Assembly: GCA_958295945.1 (NCBI GenBank)
Contig: OY282386.1
Location: 2,181,864-2,245,863 of the forward strand
DNA from: Candidatus Poribacteria bacterium
Lineage (GTDB): Bacteria > Poribacteria > WGA-4E > WGA-3G
Length of the DNA: 64,000 bases
Reading direction: 5' to 3'
Both the position numbers and the translations under genes were made by a program. Position 1 is the first letter of the stretch. Each line of letters begins with the position of its first letter. Positions 26,670 through 38,371 of this stretch are shown here, piece by piece. The notes below the pieces were generated by a model. That model worked only from the letters and a program-made list of their open reading frames with translations. It was not told where the DNA came from and did not search any database.

Positions 26670-29600
26670 CTAAATTATTTCACGGAGGAAACGAGCAGTA
26701 TGTGATTCTTTCACTTCAGCCACCTCTTCAGGTGTGCCCATCCCTACAATGTATCCTCCAGCATCACTTCCCTCAGGTCCCAAATCAATAACCCAATCAG
26801 CAGATTTAATGACATCCAGATTATGTTCAACTGCAACGATGGTATTACCTGCATCAACAAGTTTATTTAGGACATTGAGAAGTTTCTGTACATCATCAAA
26901 GTGTAGCCCGGTTGTGGGTTCATCCATGATATAAAGGGTCTTTCCAGTCTGTCTTCTTGCAAGTTCCTTCGCAAGTTTAACACGTTGTGCTTCTCCACCA
27001 GAAAGTGTAGTCGCCGCTTGACCCAATTGGATATAATCCAAACCCACATCTGCTAAAGTTTGAAGTGTGCGTTTAATCCGGTTGATGTTACTAAACAGTT
27101 CAAGTGCCTCTAGTACTGTCATCTGTAACACTTCGGCTATGTTTTTGCCTTTGTATTTCACTTCAAGCGTTTCAGCATTATATCCTGTGCTATCACAGTT
27201 TTCACAAGGTATCCATACATCGGGTAGGAAATGCATCTCAACACGATTGTAACGTTGTCCGTCACATACTTCACATTGCCCATAAGATAGGTTGAAACTG
27301 AAACGTCCACGATTAAACCCACGAAGTTTTGCATCAGGTAATTCAGCATACATTTCTCGGATTTTTGTAAATAAGTCGGTATAGGTTGCTGGATTAGATC
27401 GTGGTGTTTCACCTATCGGTTTCTGATCAATATGTATCATACGTTCAACAGAGCTTACACCTTGTATTTTGTCATAGTTCTCAGTTACATTGTTTTTTCC
27501 AGTGTTCTTTTCATTTTCCCGATTTGATTTCCTGGATTCCATCGCAGGTCGTAATGTGCCTTCAATCAGTGAACTCTTTCCACACCCAGAAACACCCGTC
27601 ACACAGGTAAGCGTTCCTATTGGAATGCTTATGTCAATGTTTTTAAGATTGTTAGTTCTTGCACCGAACAGTTTAAGCCATTTTCCAGAACCTTTCCGAC
27701 GAACCGCAGGAACAGGGATTTGCATTTCATTTGATAAGTATGACTGTGTTAATCCTTTTTTGGCTGTAAGATTTGCATCTCTTGCAGATTCATCTCCATT
27801 ATCTGATTGAATGGTAGTTTCTATAGAAATTGGTTCTGAGTTGGCAAATGCACTTGGTGTTCCAACCGCAACTATTTCTCCTCCCTGTTTTCCTGCATTT
27901 GGACCGAAATCAATAACATGATCTGAAGACATAATCGTATCTCTGTCGTGTTCAACAACCAGAACACTATTACCGATGTCGCGCAGATCTTTCATTGCAT
28001 ATATCAACCGTTCTTGATCGCGCGGGTGCAGACCTATACTCGGTTCATCAAGGATATAAGTAACCCCAGTAAGTCCTGTTCCAAGTTGGCTTGCGAGACG
28101 AATTCTACGGATCTCTCCACCTGAAAGCGTTGGGGCAGTTCTATCTAAACCGAGGTATCCAAGACCGATATCTTCTAAAAAACTCAGTCGTAACTGAATT
28201 TGCCTTAAAAGTTGAGCTTCAAATTCAGGTGATGTATGCGCATGAAGTCTTGGGTGAGTTGCCCTTGAAGTAGAAACGTCTTGCACTTGCTTCTTTGCCG
28301 TTTCTGCTTCCTTAGCACCTGCAGTTGTTGTTAGATGTTTCTCAATCGTTACAATCTGTCCACTGAAAAACGACGAAATCTCAGCGATTGACAAAGCCAT
28401 CAATTCTGCAATTGTTTTGTCAGTATATCTGACATTTCTTGGAAATTCGTCTAATCTTGTCCCATCACATTCATCACAGATTGATTGATCATCACTTAAT
28501 TCTCTACCAATACCATCACAAGTGCTGCATGCACCTAATCTATTGTTGAATGAGAAGTGACGAGGTGTTAGTTGCGGAAAATTCCGTCCACATTTTGAAC
28601 ACATAGCGTGTTCACTGAAGAAATGTCTTTCGGCTAATTCTTTATTATCATTTGGTTCTATGATAACAAAACCTTCACTTTCAATGAGTGCTAATTCTAC
28701 TGCCTCAGTGAAACGACTTGTCTCATCTTCAACAAGCTTCAAACGATCAATGACCAAGAATACTTCATGTCGACGACGTTTTCTGATATCAGGTGCTTCA
28801 TCAAGCCTATGGATTTCACCATCAATCTGTACGCGAGCAAATCCTGTTCGTTGCAGTCTTTGAAATGCATCGGCATAATCCTCGTTTCCCTTTAGACCTG
28901 GTGTCCGTTCTGCACCAATAACCACCTCAGTATCATTTTCGATAGATTTGAAATTCGTGAGTGGTGAAAGTACATCTACTCTTTTGCCTTTCAGATTCTT
29001 GAAAGAACGTTCTACAATCTGCTGTGCTGTTTGTGGACGAACTACCACTTCACATGATGGACAGTACGGTTGACCCCATCTGGCATATAGTGTTCGAAGA
29101 CCGTCATGGATTTCAGTTATCGTTGCAACGGTAGAACGCGGGTTTTGACTTGGACTTGAGTGAGTAATAGCAATTGCAGGTGACAATCCTTCAATCTTAG
29201 AGACTTTCGGTTTGTCCATACTTCCAATAAATTGACGTGCATAAGTGCTAAGTGTCTCAATGTATCTTCGTTGTCCTTCCGCGTAAATTGTATCAAGGGC
29301 AAGAGATGTTTTGCCAGATCCACTAACACCTGTAAACGCTGTCAACTTCTGATGCGGTATTTCAATATTAATGTTCTTAAGGTTGTTCTCACCTGCACCT
29401 TGAACCAAAATGGATTTACGCATTTCGGATTGTTTTTGATCAAGAAGATCTTGTGCGATATCACCGTTTTCTTTAACTGAAGGTTCAGATTTCACCGATT
29501 TCCATAGATCATATTCCCCATGTAATGCTTTTCCAGTATACGATTCGGATATATCTTTCACCTCTTCAGGCGTGCCAACTGCAATAATCTGCCCACCATC

Positions 29601-32387
29601 AATTCCACCCTCAGGACCTAAATCAATAAGATAATCAGCAGAATTAATCACTTCAAGATTGTGTTCCACCACAACAACAGTATTACCTTCATCAACTAAT
29701 CTATGAAGAATAGTTAACAACTTATTGACATCTTCAAAGTGTAGACCTGTTGTCGGTTCATCAAGGATATAAAGAGTCTTACCGGTACTGCGTTTTGAAA
29801 GTTCTTTTGAGAGTTTAATTCTCTGCGCTTCACCACCGGAAAGAGTTGGAGCCGGTTGTCCAAGTTTGATGTAATCCAAACCTACGTCGTGAAGTAATTG
29901 AAGTCCTCTTGCAATTTTAGGGTGATCCGCAAAATGTTCAAGTGCAGATTCAATATCCATCTCCAATACATCGGATATATTCTTGCCTTTGTATTTTATA
30001 GTGAGAGTTTCATTGTTATACCGTTTCCCATTACAAACATCACATTCAACCCACACATCGGCAAGTATGCCCATGTCAACTTTTTTCGCACCGTTGCCTG
30101 TACAAGCTTCGCATCTACCACCCGGAACGTTGAAACTAAAGCGTCCCGGTTTATATCCGCGCAGTTTAGCGTCGGGTAAGTTTGTATAAAATGCTCTGAT
30201 TGAATCAAAAACTTTTGTATAGGTAGCAGGATTGGAGCGCGGAGTGCGACCTATCGGTGACATATCTATGTTGATAATTTTGTCTATGACATCTGAGACA
30301 GGGACAGGTTCATCATCAATAATCCCTTGAATCTTTTCATAATCACCTGGCACAGTCTTTGCTTTCATTAGGTCTCTTGCAAGTGCTTTGTATAGAATAT
30401 CATGAATAAGAGAACTTTTCCCTGATCCACTAACTCCTGTTACGCAACAGAGCGTGCCAATCGGTATCCTTGGATTGATACTTTTTAGATTGTTTTGTTG
30501 TGCTTTACATATTTGCAGCCACTTATCTCCATTTTTACGACGTTCTTCTGGATGAACAATCTCTTTATCACCACGCAAATATTGTGCAGTCAGCGAGTCT
30601 GTCTCCTCAATCAATTGATCGGGTGTTCCAATACCGGTAATCTCTCCACCTCTAATCCCTGCACCTGGACCAAAATCAACAATCAGATCCGCCACCAACA
30701 TTGTCGCTTCATCATGTTCAACTACAATGACTGTATTGCCTTGATTCCTTAGATTGATAAGGGTTTTCAGCAAACCCGCATGGTCACGAGGGTGTAGACC
30801 AATGCTCGGTTCATCAAGGACATACGTAACATCGCGTAAACCCGCACCAACTTGACTGGCAAGTCGTATCCTTTGTGCTTCGCCACCCGATAGTGTTGGT
30901 GCAGAACGTGATAACGTGAGGTAACCCAATCCTACATCCATAAGAAAACCGAGTCGAGTGCGTATCTCTTTCAAGAGTTCAGATGCTATCACATTCTGCC
31001 TTTCAGATAGTTTCAGCCCATTGAAGAAGGATGTCGCATCCTGAATTGACATATTCAAAACTTCTGTAATATCTACATCAGTAAGTTTAACTCCTGTTAC
31101 AACTTGATTCAGTCGTGATCCATTGCATTCTCTACATGGTGCTTTAACGAAAAAATCCGGCAGGTATGATTCCCCTTCTTCTTTGACATGCAACGATAGG
31201 AATTGCTTTTCATGGGATGGGATCAATCCTTCAAATCTTCCTCGTATACGTCTACTTCTTCTGCGGCCTTTTGAAGGTTCACGAAATGAAAGGACTTTAT
31301 CACCCGTACCATATAGTATTGCATGTTGTTGATCAGGAGATAGGTCTTTCCACGGTGAGTTGATTTTGAATTTAAGATGTGATGCTAATGTCTGTAAGAC
31401 CATTTTCGCCTGATGATCAGGATTTTCACACAAAATTATTGCCCCATCTAAAATGGAAAGTGATTCATCCACTACTATTAATTTGGGGGAAATTGCCATC
31501 TGCACACCCAAACCTCTACAATGTTGACACATTCCGTAAGGACTATTAAATGAGAAATGACGGGGTTCAGGAACATCGTAACTTATTTGACAATCTACAC
31601 AGGCATACTGTCTGCTAAATAGGAGATCTTCACCTTCTGATCCTTTGCTTGAAGTAGAACTATCGGAAGAAACAACATTGACAATTAGACTATCATCTCC
31701 AAGTGAGAGTGCTGTTTCAACTGCTTCTGCGACACGACTATCAATACCATCCTTAATAATTATTCTATCAACTACAAGATCAATGTTATGCCGTTGATTT
31801 GGGTTGAGTGCGACATTCGAACTGATCTCGTGAACTTCACCGTCAATTCTTGCACGCACGAATCCCATCTTACGTGCATCTGAAAACTCTTTGCGATACT
31901 CACCCCGTCTTCCTCTGACTATCGGAGCCAATATCATAAGACGAGTGCGCGGCGGGAAAGTAAGGATATGTGATACGATGTCAGCTATCGTTTGCGATCC
32001 GACTAACTGACCACATTCAAGACAATGGAATTGTCCTGCTCGTGCAAACAGCACTCTAAGATAATCGTATATTTCAGTTACGGTAGCAACCGTTGATCGT
32101 GGATTGTGTCCTGACGATCCTTGATCAATCGCTATTGAGGGAGATAAACCGACTATCTTGTCGACTTCAGCTTTTCCGAGTTGTCCTAAAAACTGACGTG
32201 CATACGCAGATAGTGATTCAATGTAACGACGTTGTCCTTCTGCATATAATGTATCAATTGCAAGTGACGATTTCCCTGAACCACTAACACCTGTGAAGAC
32301 AATAAGTTTATCCTTAGGTAGGCTGATATCTATATTTTTTAGATTGTGTTCTCTTGCACCGTGTATTTCAATTGACGCTCCTGCCAT
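26670..32387 (-). CDS. uvrA: Excinuclease ABC subunit A, internally duplicated (four ABC ATPase domains, 1905 aa)
   Basis: Four Walker A motifs ([32 protein letters not shown]), four LSGGE and DEP(S/T) motifs, two PRSNPATYT, multiple CxxC Zn fingers. Confidence 0.97.
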   Translation of the reverse strand: MAGASIEIHGAREHNLKNIDISLPKDKLIVFTGVSGSGKSSLAIDTLYAEGQRRYIESLSAYARQFLGQLGKAEVDKIVGLSPSIAIDQGSSGHNPRSTVATVTEIYDYLRVLFARAGQFHCLECGQLVGSQTIADIVSHILTFPPRTRLMILAPIVRGRRGEYRKEFSDARKMGFVRARIDGEVHEISSNVALNPNQRHNIDLVVDRIIIKDGIDSRVAEAVETALSLGDDSLIVNVVSSDSSTSSKGSEGEDLLFSRQYACVDCQISYDVPEPRHFSFNSPYGMCQHCRGLGVQMAISPKLIVVDESLSILDGAIILCENPDHQAKMVLQTLASHLKFKINSPWKDLSPDQQHAILYGTGDKVLSFREPSKGRRRSRRIRGRFEGLIPSHEKQFLSLHVKEEGESYLPDFFVKAPCRECNGSRLNQVVTGVKLTDVDITEVLNMSIQDATSFFNGLKLSERQNVIASELLKEIRTRLGFLMDVGLGYLTLSRSAPTLSGGEAQRIRLASQVGAGLRDVTYVLDEPSIGLHPRDHAGLLKTLINLRNQGNTVIVVEHDEATMLVADLIVDFGPGAGIRGGEITGIGTPDQLIEETDSLTAQYLRGDKEIVHPEERRKNGDKWLQICKAQQNNLKSINPRIPIGTLCCVTGVSGSGKSSLIHDILYKALARDLMKAKTVPGDYEKIQGIIDDEPVPVSDVIDKIINIDMSPIGRTPRSNPATYTKVFDSIRAFYTNLPDAKLRGYKPGRFSFNVPGGRCEACTGNGAKKVDMGILADVWVECDVCNGKRYNNETLTIKYKGKNISDVLEMDIESALEHFADHPKIARGLQLLHDVGLDYIKLGQPAPTLSGGEAQRIKLSKELSKRSTGKTLYILDEPTTGLHFEDVNKLLTILHRLVDEGNTVVVVEHNLEVINSADYLIDLGPEGGIDGGQIIAVGTPEEVKDISESYTGKALHGEYDLWKSVKSEPSVKENGDIAQDLLDQKQSEMRKSILVQGAGENNLKNINIEIPHQKLTAFTGVSGSGKTSLALDTIYAEGQRRYIETLSTYARQFIGSMDKPKVSKIEGLSPAIAITHSSPSQNPRSTVATITEIHDGLRTLYARWGQPYCPSCEVVVRPQTAQQIVERSFKNLKGKRVDVLSPLTNFKSIENDTEVVIGAERTPGLKGNEDYADAFQRLQRTGFARVQIDGEIHRLDEAPDIRKRRRHEVFLVIDRLKLVEDETSRFTEAVELALIESEGFVIIEPNDNKELAERHFFSEHAMCSKCGRNFPQLTPRHFSFNNRLGACSTCDGIGRELSDDQSICDECDGTRLDEFPRNVRYTDKTIAELMALSIAEISSFFSGQIVTIEKHLTTTAGAKEAETAKKQVQDVSTSRATHPRLHAHTSPEFEAQLLRQIQLRLSFLEDIGLGYLGLDRTAPTLSGGEIRRIRLASQLGTGLTGVTYILDEPSIGLHPRDQERLIYAMKDLRDIGNSVLVVEHDRDTIMSSDHVIDFGPNAGKQGGEIVAVGTPSAFANSEPISIETTIQSDNGDESARDANLTAKKGLTQSYLSNEMQIPVPAVRRKGSGKWLKLFGARTNNLKNIDISIPIGTLTCVTGVSGCGKSSLIEGTLRPAMESRKSNRENEKNTGKNNVTENYDKIQGVSSVERMIHIDQKPIGETPRSNPATYTDLFTKIREMYAELPDAKLRGFNRGRFSFNLSYGQCEVCDGQRYNRVEMHFLPDVWIPCENCDSTGYNAETLEVKYKGKNIAEVLQMTVLEALELFSNINRIKRTLQTLADVGLDYIQLGQAATTLSGGEAQRVKLAKELARRQTGKTLYIMDEPTTGLHFDDVQKLLNVLNKLVDAGNTIVAVEHNLDVIKSADWVIDLGPEGSDAGGYIVGMGTPEEVAEVKESHTARFLREII

Positions 32388-32416
32388 AGCATCATTACCT
32401 CTATAGTATTTTAATG

Positions 32417-33367
32417 TTATTCTAAAAATCCACCTAACTCTTTTAACTTGCTTCTATCTCTTCGCCAATTAGTCTTTACCGTAACATAAAGTTCTAAATA
32501 AACAGGCATCTCCATAAACTTCTCTATATCAAGACGTGCTAATTCACCGACTCGTTTAACGATGTTACCACCTTTTCCAATAATTATTTGCTTCTGCGTC
32601 TGTTTCTCTGCATATATAATTGCTCGTATATAAAGTATCTCATCCGAATTCCTTCGTTTTCGTTTCTCAAACTCCTCAACCACAACTGCACAAGAATAGG
32701 GTACTTCTCTTTTTGTTATGAGCAATAACTTCTCTCTTACTGTTTCAGATATAAAGAATCGTTCTGGAAGATCGCTCAGTTGATCTTCAGGATAATAGAG
32801 TGGACCAGATGGTAGGAAAGTTGCAACCTGTTCAAGGAGGGAAGACACACCATCACCCGTTTTCGCTGAAATCGGTACAATTTCATCAAATAAAGATTTC
32901 TCATTGAAATCCTCAATGAGTGGCAAGAGCGTACGTTTGTCAACTAAATCTATTTTATTTAGAATGAGCATCTTATTAGCTTTTTTTAAACGTTGAATTT
33001 GTTCAATAATTTCTGTTGCAATTGCTTCATTTTGCCGTGATACATCAACAACTAATAGAATTACATCTGCATCACGCATGGCACCATAGGCAGTTCGTAC
33101 CATCTCAGATTGCAGAAGATACTTCGGATCCATCAATCCTGGTGTATCAACAAATATTATCTGATGTGTGTCGGTAGTAACAATGCCGCGAATTTGATTA
33201 CGTGTAGTTTGTGGTTTGGGGGTGACGATCGCTAATTTCTGTCCTAATATTGTATTCAGGAGTGTAGATTTCCCTACATTCGGTGCACCAATAATACTTA
33301 CATATCCAGATCTGAAATCTTGTTCTCCAGATGATCCTTCCGATTCTTGAGGTTGATTTTCTGTCAT
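32417..33367 (-). CDS. era: GTPase Era
   Basis: GAPNVGKSTL, KPQTTR, DTPG, NKID, EVPYS, KH-like IIIGKGG. Confidence 0.97.
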   Translation of the reverse strand: MTENQPQESEGSSGEQDFRSGYVSIIGAPNVGKSTLLNTILGQKLAIVTPKPQTTRNQIRGIVTTDTHQIIFVDTPGLMDPKYLLQSEMVRTAYGAMRDADVILLVVDVSRQNEAIATEIIEQIQRLKKANKMLILNKIDLVDKRTLLPLIEDFNEKSLFDEIVPISAKTGDGVSSLLEQVATFLPSGPLYYPEDQLSDLPERFFISETVREKLLLITKREVPYSCAVVVEEFEKRKRRNSDEILYIRAIIYAEKQTQKQIIIGKGGNIVKRVGELARLDIEKFMEMPVYLELYVTVKTNWRRDRSKLKELGGFLE

Positions 33368-33413
33368 TTATAGGTCCTATAAGTTACAAAATCTGATTAT
33401 TAATTCAATAGTA

Positions 33414-33692
33414 TCATAAATGTCTGTGATGCATCTTTTTGCCTTCACTGTCCTGAGAGAAATCGCGTTCACAAGATGGGCAAGTGGGTATATCTGTTAA
33501 AACTCTCAATCCGCACCCTGGACTGATACGTCCCGGATAGAACATCTTCCAACGATACCGTCGTCCATTTTTATCAGTTTCTGTATAACTGAAAATACGA
33601 ATCAACAGCCAACAAATAAATAAAACTGGTACAACGACAAATCCAACGCCGACTACATAGGGAACAAACTCAAACAAGTCGAATAATGCCAT
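33414..33692 (-). CDS. Small TM protein with C-terminal zinc-ribbon-like motif
   Basis: TM segment then PGRISPGCGLRVLTDIPTCPSC; paralogue of 33748-34008. Confidence 0.6.
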   Translation of the reverse strand: MALFDLFEFVPYVVGVGFVVVPVLFICWLLIRIFSYTETDKNGRRYRWKMFYPGRISPGCGLRVLTDIPTCPSCERDFSQDSEGKKMHHRHL

Positions 33693-33747
33693 TATATTGA
33701 CTCTCCTATTAGGATACTATCGTTGTTATTTTCTTGAAAAAACAACC

Positions 33748-34008
33748 TTAAAATAAAGGACGCGCAATTTTATTTATACGATCTTTCTGAAATTTCGTTT
33801 TACATGAAGGACAAGTTGGAATTTGTGTTATTGCCCTAAAACCGCATTCTGGACAGATTCGCCCTGGACGATAATATGGTCTTCGGTATTTTTTCCCGAA
33901 TCTGTTTGTTTTGTCATTATCGGATTTATTGGAAAACTCTTGAAAAACATTAATGATGGCAACAAAGAATGCCAATAAAGATAGACTTATGCTGACTAAA
34001 GGATGCAT
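33748..34008 (-). CDS. Small TM protein with C-terminal zinc ribbon
   Basis: TM segment then PGRICPECGFRAITQIPTCPSC. Confidence 0.6.
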   Translation of the reverse strand: MHPLVSISLSLLAFFVAIINVFQEFSNKSDNDKTNRFGKKYRRPYYRPGRICPECGFRAITQIPTCPSCKTKFQKDRINKIARPLF

Positions 34009-34029
34009 TTTTTCACCTTTGTATGAAGA

Positions 34030-35034
34030 CTACCGTTTAGGACGCGCAGGTGTTTTTGTTTCCGCAGACTCGTAAATCAAATCCATAAGCTCTGATTGGA
34101 TTATACCATTCAAAGGATTGGTGCGTGGTTCTGCCCTTCCTAAAATAGCATCAATGAAGTTGTCATCCGGATTACCAGCAGACATCTCTGGTGTAATCGG
34201 AGGTGGATCTAATGCTTCGCCACCTTTCCAAACACGAATCCAGCCACCACCCCAACCATCTACTTCTATTCTACCGTTGTCAAAAATGAGTGCCATGTGC
34301 GTACCACCTGGACTTGGACAATTCCCACTTATCACCATTGATGCAAGCACACCGGTTTCAAACTTGATGTTTATTGATGAATTGATGTCAACTTCTGTCT
34401 CTTGATTGTCAGTATAGGCATATACTTCTTTAACTTTCGACTCAACTGTCCAGCAGAGACTGTTCAATAGATGTGCACCACTATCATACGCTTGTCCACC
34501 ACCAGAGAGTTCAGGTTTCTGTCGCCATGCACCCACCGTTGCTTTCTTCCAATTTTGTGTGATATAACCGATTACTAATTCCAGCTTTCCAAATTCACCA
34601 CTACGAACAATCTCACGGATATAGTGGAAATTAGCTGAACAAGGTGTATTGTAACCAATTGTCAATATAAGTCCAGTTTCCTCAACTTTCTCTGCAAGTT
34701 TGTATGCATCTTCAGAAGATGTTACCATCGGCTTTTCCATTAGAACATGACAGCCTGCTTCCAATGCTTGCATACCTTGCTCAAAATGTAAAGTATGTGG
34801 TGTTGAGATAACTACTGCATCGGGGTTTGCCTCAGACAACATCTTCGTTATGTTATCATACCCTTCAGGACGTGGTTTAAGGTCAGATAGATTTCGGTCA
34901 ATATAGGAATTGGCTATATCTGTATTGACATCACAAGTACCAACGATTTGCACATCAGGATTAGAATTCATCCGTCTTGCGTGTCCCGAAGAATTACCAC
35001 CACAACCAATCATGGCAAGCCGAATTTTTGACAT
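34030..35034 (-). CDS. Gfo/Idh/MocA family oxidoreductase
   Basis: MIGCGG, ISTPHTLH, HVLMEKPM, GGGQAYDSGAH. Confidence 0.92.
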   Translation of the reverse strand: MSKIRLAMIGCGGNSSGHARRMNSNPDVQIVGTCDVNTDIANSYIDRNLSDLKPRPEGYDNITKMLSEANPDAVVISTPHTLHFEQGMQALEAGCHVLMEKPMVTSSEDAYKLAEKVEETGLILTIGYNTPCSANFHYIREIVRSGEFGKLELVIGYITQNWKKATVGAWRQKPELSGGGQAYDSGAHLLNSLCWTVESKVKEVYAYTDNQETEVDINSSINIKFETGVLASMVISGNCPSPGGTHMALIFDNGRIEVDGWGGGWIRVWKGGEALDPPPITPEMSAGNPDDNFIDAILGRAEPRTNPLNGIIQSELMDLIYESAETKTPARPKR

Positions 35035-35090
35035 TATTTGCTCCTAAAATGTAATGCTTTTAACTTGAGAGATTACCTTGAATTCAATGT

Positions 35091-35891
35091 TTATGCTGTT
35101 TTAGCCAAATCATCTAAACTCAATGCACCTTCACCGAAAACGCGCCTAAATGTTCCACCACGGTTAGACTTTGTATCCCCATGCATATAGCACACACTAA
35201 ATGCGCGCCGTGGAATATCTGTTTCATTTGTACCTGAACTGTGTAGCAACCAATTGTGCAACAATACCACCTCTCCTGCCTCTAATTCTAAGGGTAAAGG
35301 AGTGGAATTCTCAACAATATCATCAATCTGCTCTTGATTCAGAAAACCAGATCCGTGCGAGGGGTTTATAAGGTCACTATGTGATCCGGGTATGATGTGT
35401 ACACAACCGTTTTCTATAGTTGCTGTGTCTAATGCTGTATAGATGGTTATCTGTGGATCACGGTCAAGGTCTGTCCATCGATCTTGGTGCCATACAAGGT
35501 ATGTTCCTTCACCTGCTGGTTTATTCATAAACATCGCGCGGAAACATAGTATAGGTACACCTTCACCGTATATCTTCTGACAAACTTCTTCAAAAGTAGG
35601 GTTTTGTAGGTATGCTAAAAATAGGGGGTCAAATTCAAGATTTTGTATTTTGCGATACAACAAAGTTGCACCTTTATGTCCAGCGGATTGCGGACCGGGT
35701 CTATCTGTGCCAGGTTCCCTATCAAGTTGCATCATAATTTGGTCATAATTCAGTGGTGCCTTTCCAAGCATGATGTCATCCATACGCTGCTGTAACTGCG
35801 CAAACTCATCATCTGTGACTACCTGACCAATACGTACAAAACCTTGTTCATTGAAATGTTCCCACTGTTCATCTGTTATCACCTGTGCCAT
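35091..35891 (-). CDS. Phytanoyl-CoA dioxygenase (PhyH) family protein
   Basis: MFMNKP, WHQD, NGCVHIIPGSH, LHNWLLHSS. Confidence 0.9.
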   Translation of the reverse strand: MAQVITDEQWEHFNEQGFVRIGQVVTDDEFAQLQQRMDDIMLGKAPLNYDQIMMQLDREPGTDRPGPQSAGHKGATLLYRKIQNLEFDPLFLAYLQNPTFEEVCQKIYGEGVPILCFRAMFMNKPAGEGTYLVWHQDRWTDLDRDPQITIYTALDTATIENGCVHIIPGSHSDLINPSHGSGFLNQEQIDDIVENSTPLPLELEAGEVVLLHNWLLHSSGTNETDIPRRAFSVCYMHGDTKSNRGGTFRRVFGEGALSLDDLAKTA

Positions 35892-36031
35892 TCAACGCCT
35901 CCTACAAGTGAATTAGCATTCTTATAAAATCTTAGAAATTGAATTATCTTATGTTAAAGTATAACACATATACATTCAAATTGAAAATAATTATGAATGT
36001 CCACCAAGAAAGCCAAATACAATAATTAAGG

Positions 36032-36114
36032 AAATCCGCAATTGTTGGCGGAGTTTCTAACCCAGCCAACAATTGCGGATTTAGGTTGGGTAACCGCTAA
36101 ATTGACACCTATGG
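36032..36114. repeat. 18-bp perfect-stem palindrome plus REP-family tail
   Basis: aaatccgcaattgttggc (36032-36049) / gccaacaattgcggattt (36065-36082); followed by ctaaattgacacctatgg. Confidence 0.8.
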
Positions 36115-36443
36115 TGTGAAGAATCTTTCTATTAACTTCCTGCCAACCATAGTAAGTCGACCTCTCAATGTCCCGACTTCTAATACGAAATGTCTAAATG
36201 ACATTGATTAACGATTTCTAATTCCAATAACAACTGTCTTGTGTCACTCATTGAGCCTTTGTTTATGATGTATCTTTTATAATCAGAAGACGTTTTATTA
36301 ATGGTAAGTTCTACACATATCAGCAGAATTTTTCTATTGATCGTATAGACAACAGACATTAGTAGAATGTCCTATTTTTATTTCGTTCTACGTTACTCTT
36401 TCTTCCTTAGATAAATAGAGTAACGGTTATTTTGGATTTGACT

Positions 36444-38333
36444 ATGGCATCCTTTGATAAACTATCACAAAATATATCGGATAAATTTCAACCAGTGGCG
36501 ACACGGCGCGCTGCAGTGATTGAAATTGCTGAGATAGATGGTGAAGAAACTCTAACCATCATTCTTCAGGCATTGTCTGACGATGCCCCTGGAGTCCGAC
36601 GTGAGGCAGCAAATGTACTACAGAGATTCAATACATCAGAAGTTACGACAGCACTACTGGATGCAATAAAAACAGAAGATAATGATCTTACACTATGGAC
36701 ATTTATGGAGGTACTTGGAAATATAGGAACGATGACTGCACTTCCTGTGCTTCAAGACCTTATAGACACCACGCTCTCGCCATTGACACGACGGGTAATT
36801 GAAAAGAGTATTGATCAGATTACCTCCAGATTACCAAACAACGAACATGATGTACAAGTTACATCACAAGTAAATGATGAAGAAAAACCGAGAGTCATTA
36901 ATCTGTCTAATCCTACTATTGTTGAAAGTGATCAACAAACGGAAGATCAAGGGTTACAGAACGAAAATAAAGCTGAAGTTGCAGATGAACAACAACAATT
37001 AACACTGGACCCTGATGAGAGCATTGAGAATAGAACCGATAGTAATCAGGATGAAGAAGAACTAAACACTGGAAGTGCCGAAGTTTCAGTTGAGAATGTA
37101 AAAGTTGGACAAGTTCAACGAACTGAAATGACAGCACCTGATGAGTCAGAACAAAAAGAAATCCCAGAACATGAAAATGAGATAAGTTCAGACAGTGATA
37201 CGGATGCCGTTGAGGATACATTGGAGGATCAGCAATCAAATGGAAGTGGCATGCTAATGTCAGGAACATCACCTGCATTGCCAGTACTTGTGCCGAATAC
37301 TTCTGTTGTGGTTTATGAACCAGAAGAACAACTATTCCAACCTGGTGTATTCGATTTGGTTCTTCGACCAACGGCATACCTGTCCAAGAGATGGGTATCA
37401 CGCACACGGCTATACTTGGTGTTGTTAAGCCTTCTCGTAGCAGCAACATTTATACTTGTCTTTTCACAAGTACAGCGTTTACCTCGTTCACCCTATCGTC
37501 CGAATGCAGCAATAGCCTATATGGAAAATCCTGAGAAGTACTTCAATGCTGGGATTTTCTTCATTCAACAAGGAGATTACAACAGCGCAATAGAAACACT
37601 TCAATTCTTACGCGGTGTTGAGTCTATAGATGTGGAGTTATATAAACAATTAGGGTACGCATATTTTCATGCAAATCAATATGCTTCAGCAATTGAAGCT
37701 TATGAATACTATTTTAGTTTAAGAAAAGAGAATACATACCAACCATTTATTGCTGAAGCCGCTTATCATGACAATGTGGACGATAAAGACAAATCTTCAG
37801 ATTATATGACATATAATTTGCTTGGAACTGCTTATAAACGACTTGGAAACATTCATAAGGCACGTCAGATATTTGAAGATGCGATTAAATTAGCACCATT
37901 TGAAGCAGAAGCATATAGCAACCTTGCAAAGTTATATACTGATGGTTTTCAACAGAAACTTATGCTTTCTGAAGCACTTGCTCACGCTGCCGTAGGTATA
38001 AATTCAGATATCTCATCTTATCACGATACTTTGGGATGGATATATGTAAAAAACGGACGATTGTATAAGGGGACAAATACTCTAAAACAAGCAATCCGTC
38101 TACAGAGCGATTATATTCCTGCTCACTATCATCTTTCAAGAATCGCACAGAATTCTAATGCTTCTGATGATGCTATGAATGTGGTAAAAAAAGACTTGAT
38201 TGACAAGTTACGACCTACAAGCTATTCACAGTCTGATATGATTGAAGTGTTATCATACATCTACGAAACTAAATCACAAAATATTCCTAAGTATAATCCA
38301 TCCTTCCATCATCAACGTATTATCCGAAGATGA
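36444..38333 (+). CDS. HEAT-repeat + acidic linker + single TM + TPR-repeat protein (probable ATG start 36444)
   Basis: LQALSDDAPGVRREAA HEAT/PBS-lyase-like repeats; D/E/Q-rich linker; LYLVLLSLLVAATFILVF TM; TPR motifs LGYAYF, LGTAYKRLG..KA..FEDAI, HDTLGWIY. The ORF track starts at 36432. Confidence 0.75.
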   Translation: MASFDKLSQNISDKFQPVATRRAAVIEIAEIDGEETLTIILQALSDDAPGVRREAANVLQRFNTSEVTTALLDAIKTEDNDLTLWTFMEVLGNIGTMTALPVLQDLIDTTLSPLTRRVIEKSIDQITSRLPNNEHDVQVTSQVNDEEKPRVINLSNPTIVESDQQTEDQGLQNENKAEVADEQQQLTLDPDESIENRTDSNQDEEELNTGSAEVSVENVKVGQVQRTEMTAPDESEQKEIPEHENEISSDSDTDAVEDTLEDQQSNGSGMLMSGTSPALPVLVPNTSVVVYEPEEQLFQPGVFDLVLRPTAYLSKRWVSRTRLYLVLLSLLVAATFILVFSQVQRLPRSPYRPNAAIAYMENPEKYFNAGIFFIQQGDYNSAIETLQFLRGVESIDVELYKQLGYAYFHANQYASAIEAYEYYFSLRKENTYQPFIAEAAYHDNVDDKDKSSDYMTYNLLGTAYKRLGNIHKARQIFEDAIKLAPFEAEAYSNLAKLYTDGFQQKLMLSEALAHAAVGINSDISSYHDTLGWIYVKNGRLYKGTNTLKQAIRLQSDYIPAHYHLSRIAQNSNASDDAMNVVKKDLIDKLRPTSYSQSDMIEVLSYIYETKSQNIPKYNPSFHHQRIIRR

Positions 38334-38371
38334 CTGATTCTGAGTATGTAATTTCATTGTATTACAATGAC

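Noticed and set aside
32388-32416. SOS/LexA box upstream of uvrA
   Set aside because: Only a 29-bp gap after era with no palindrome.
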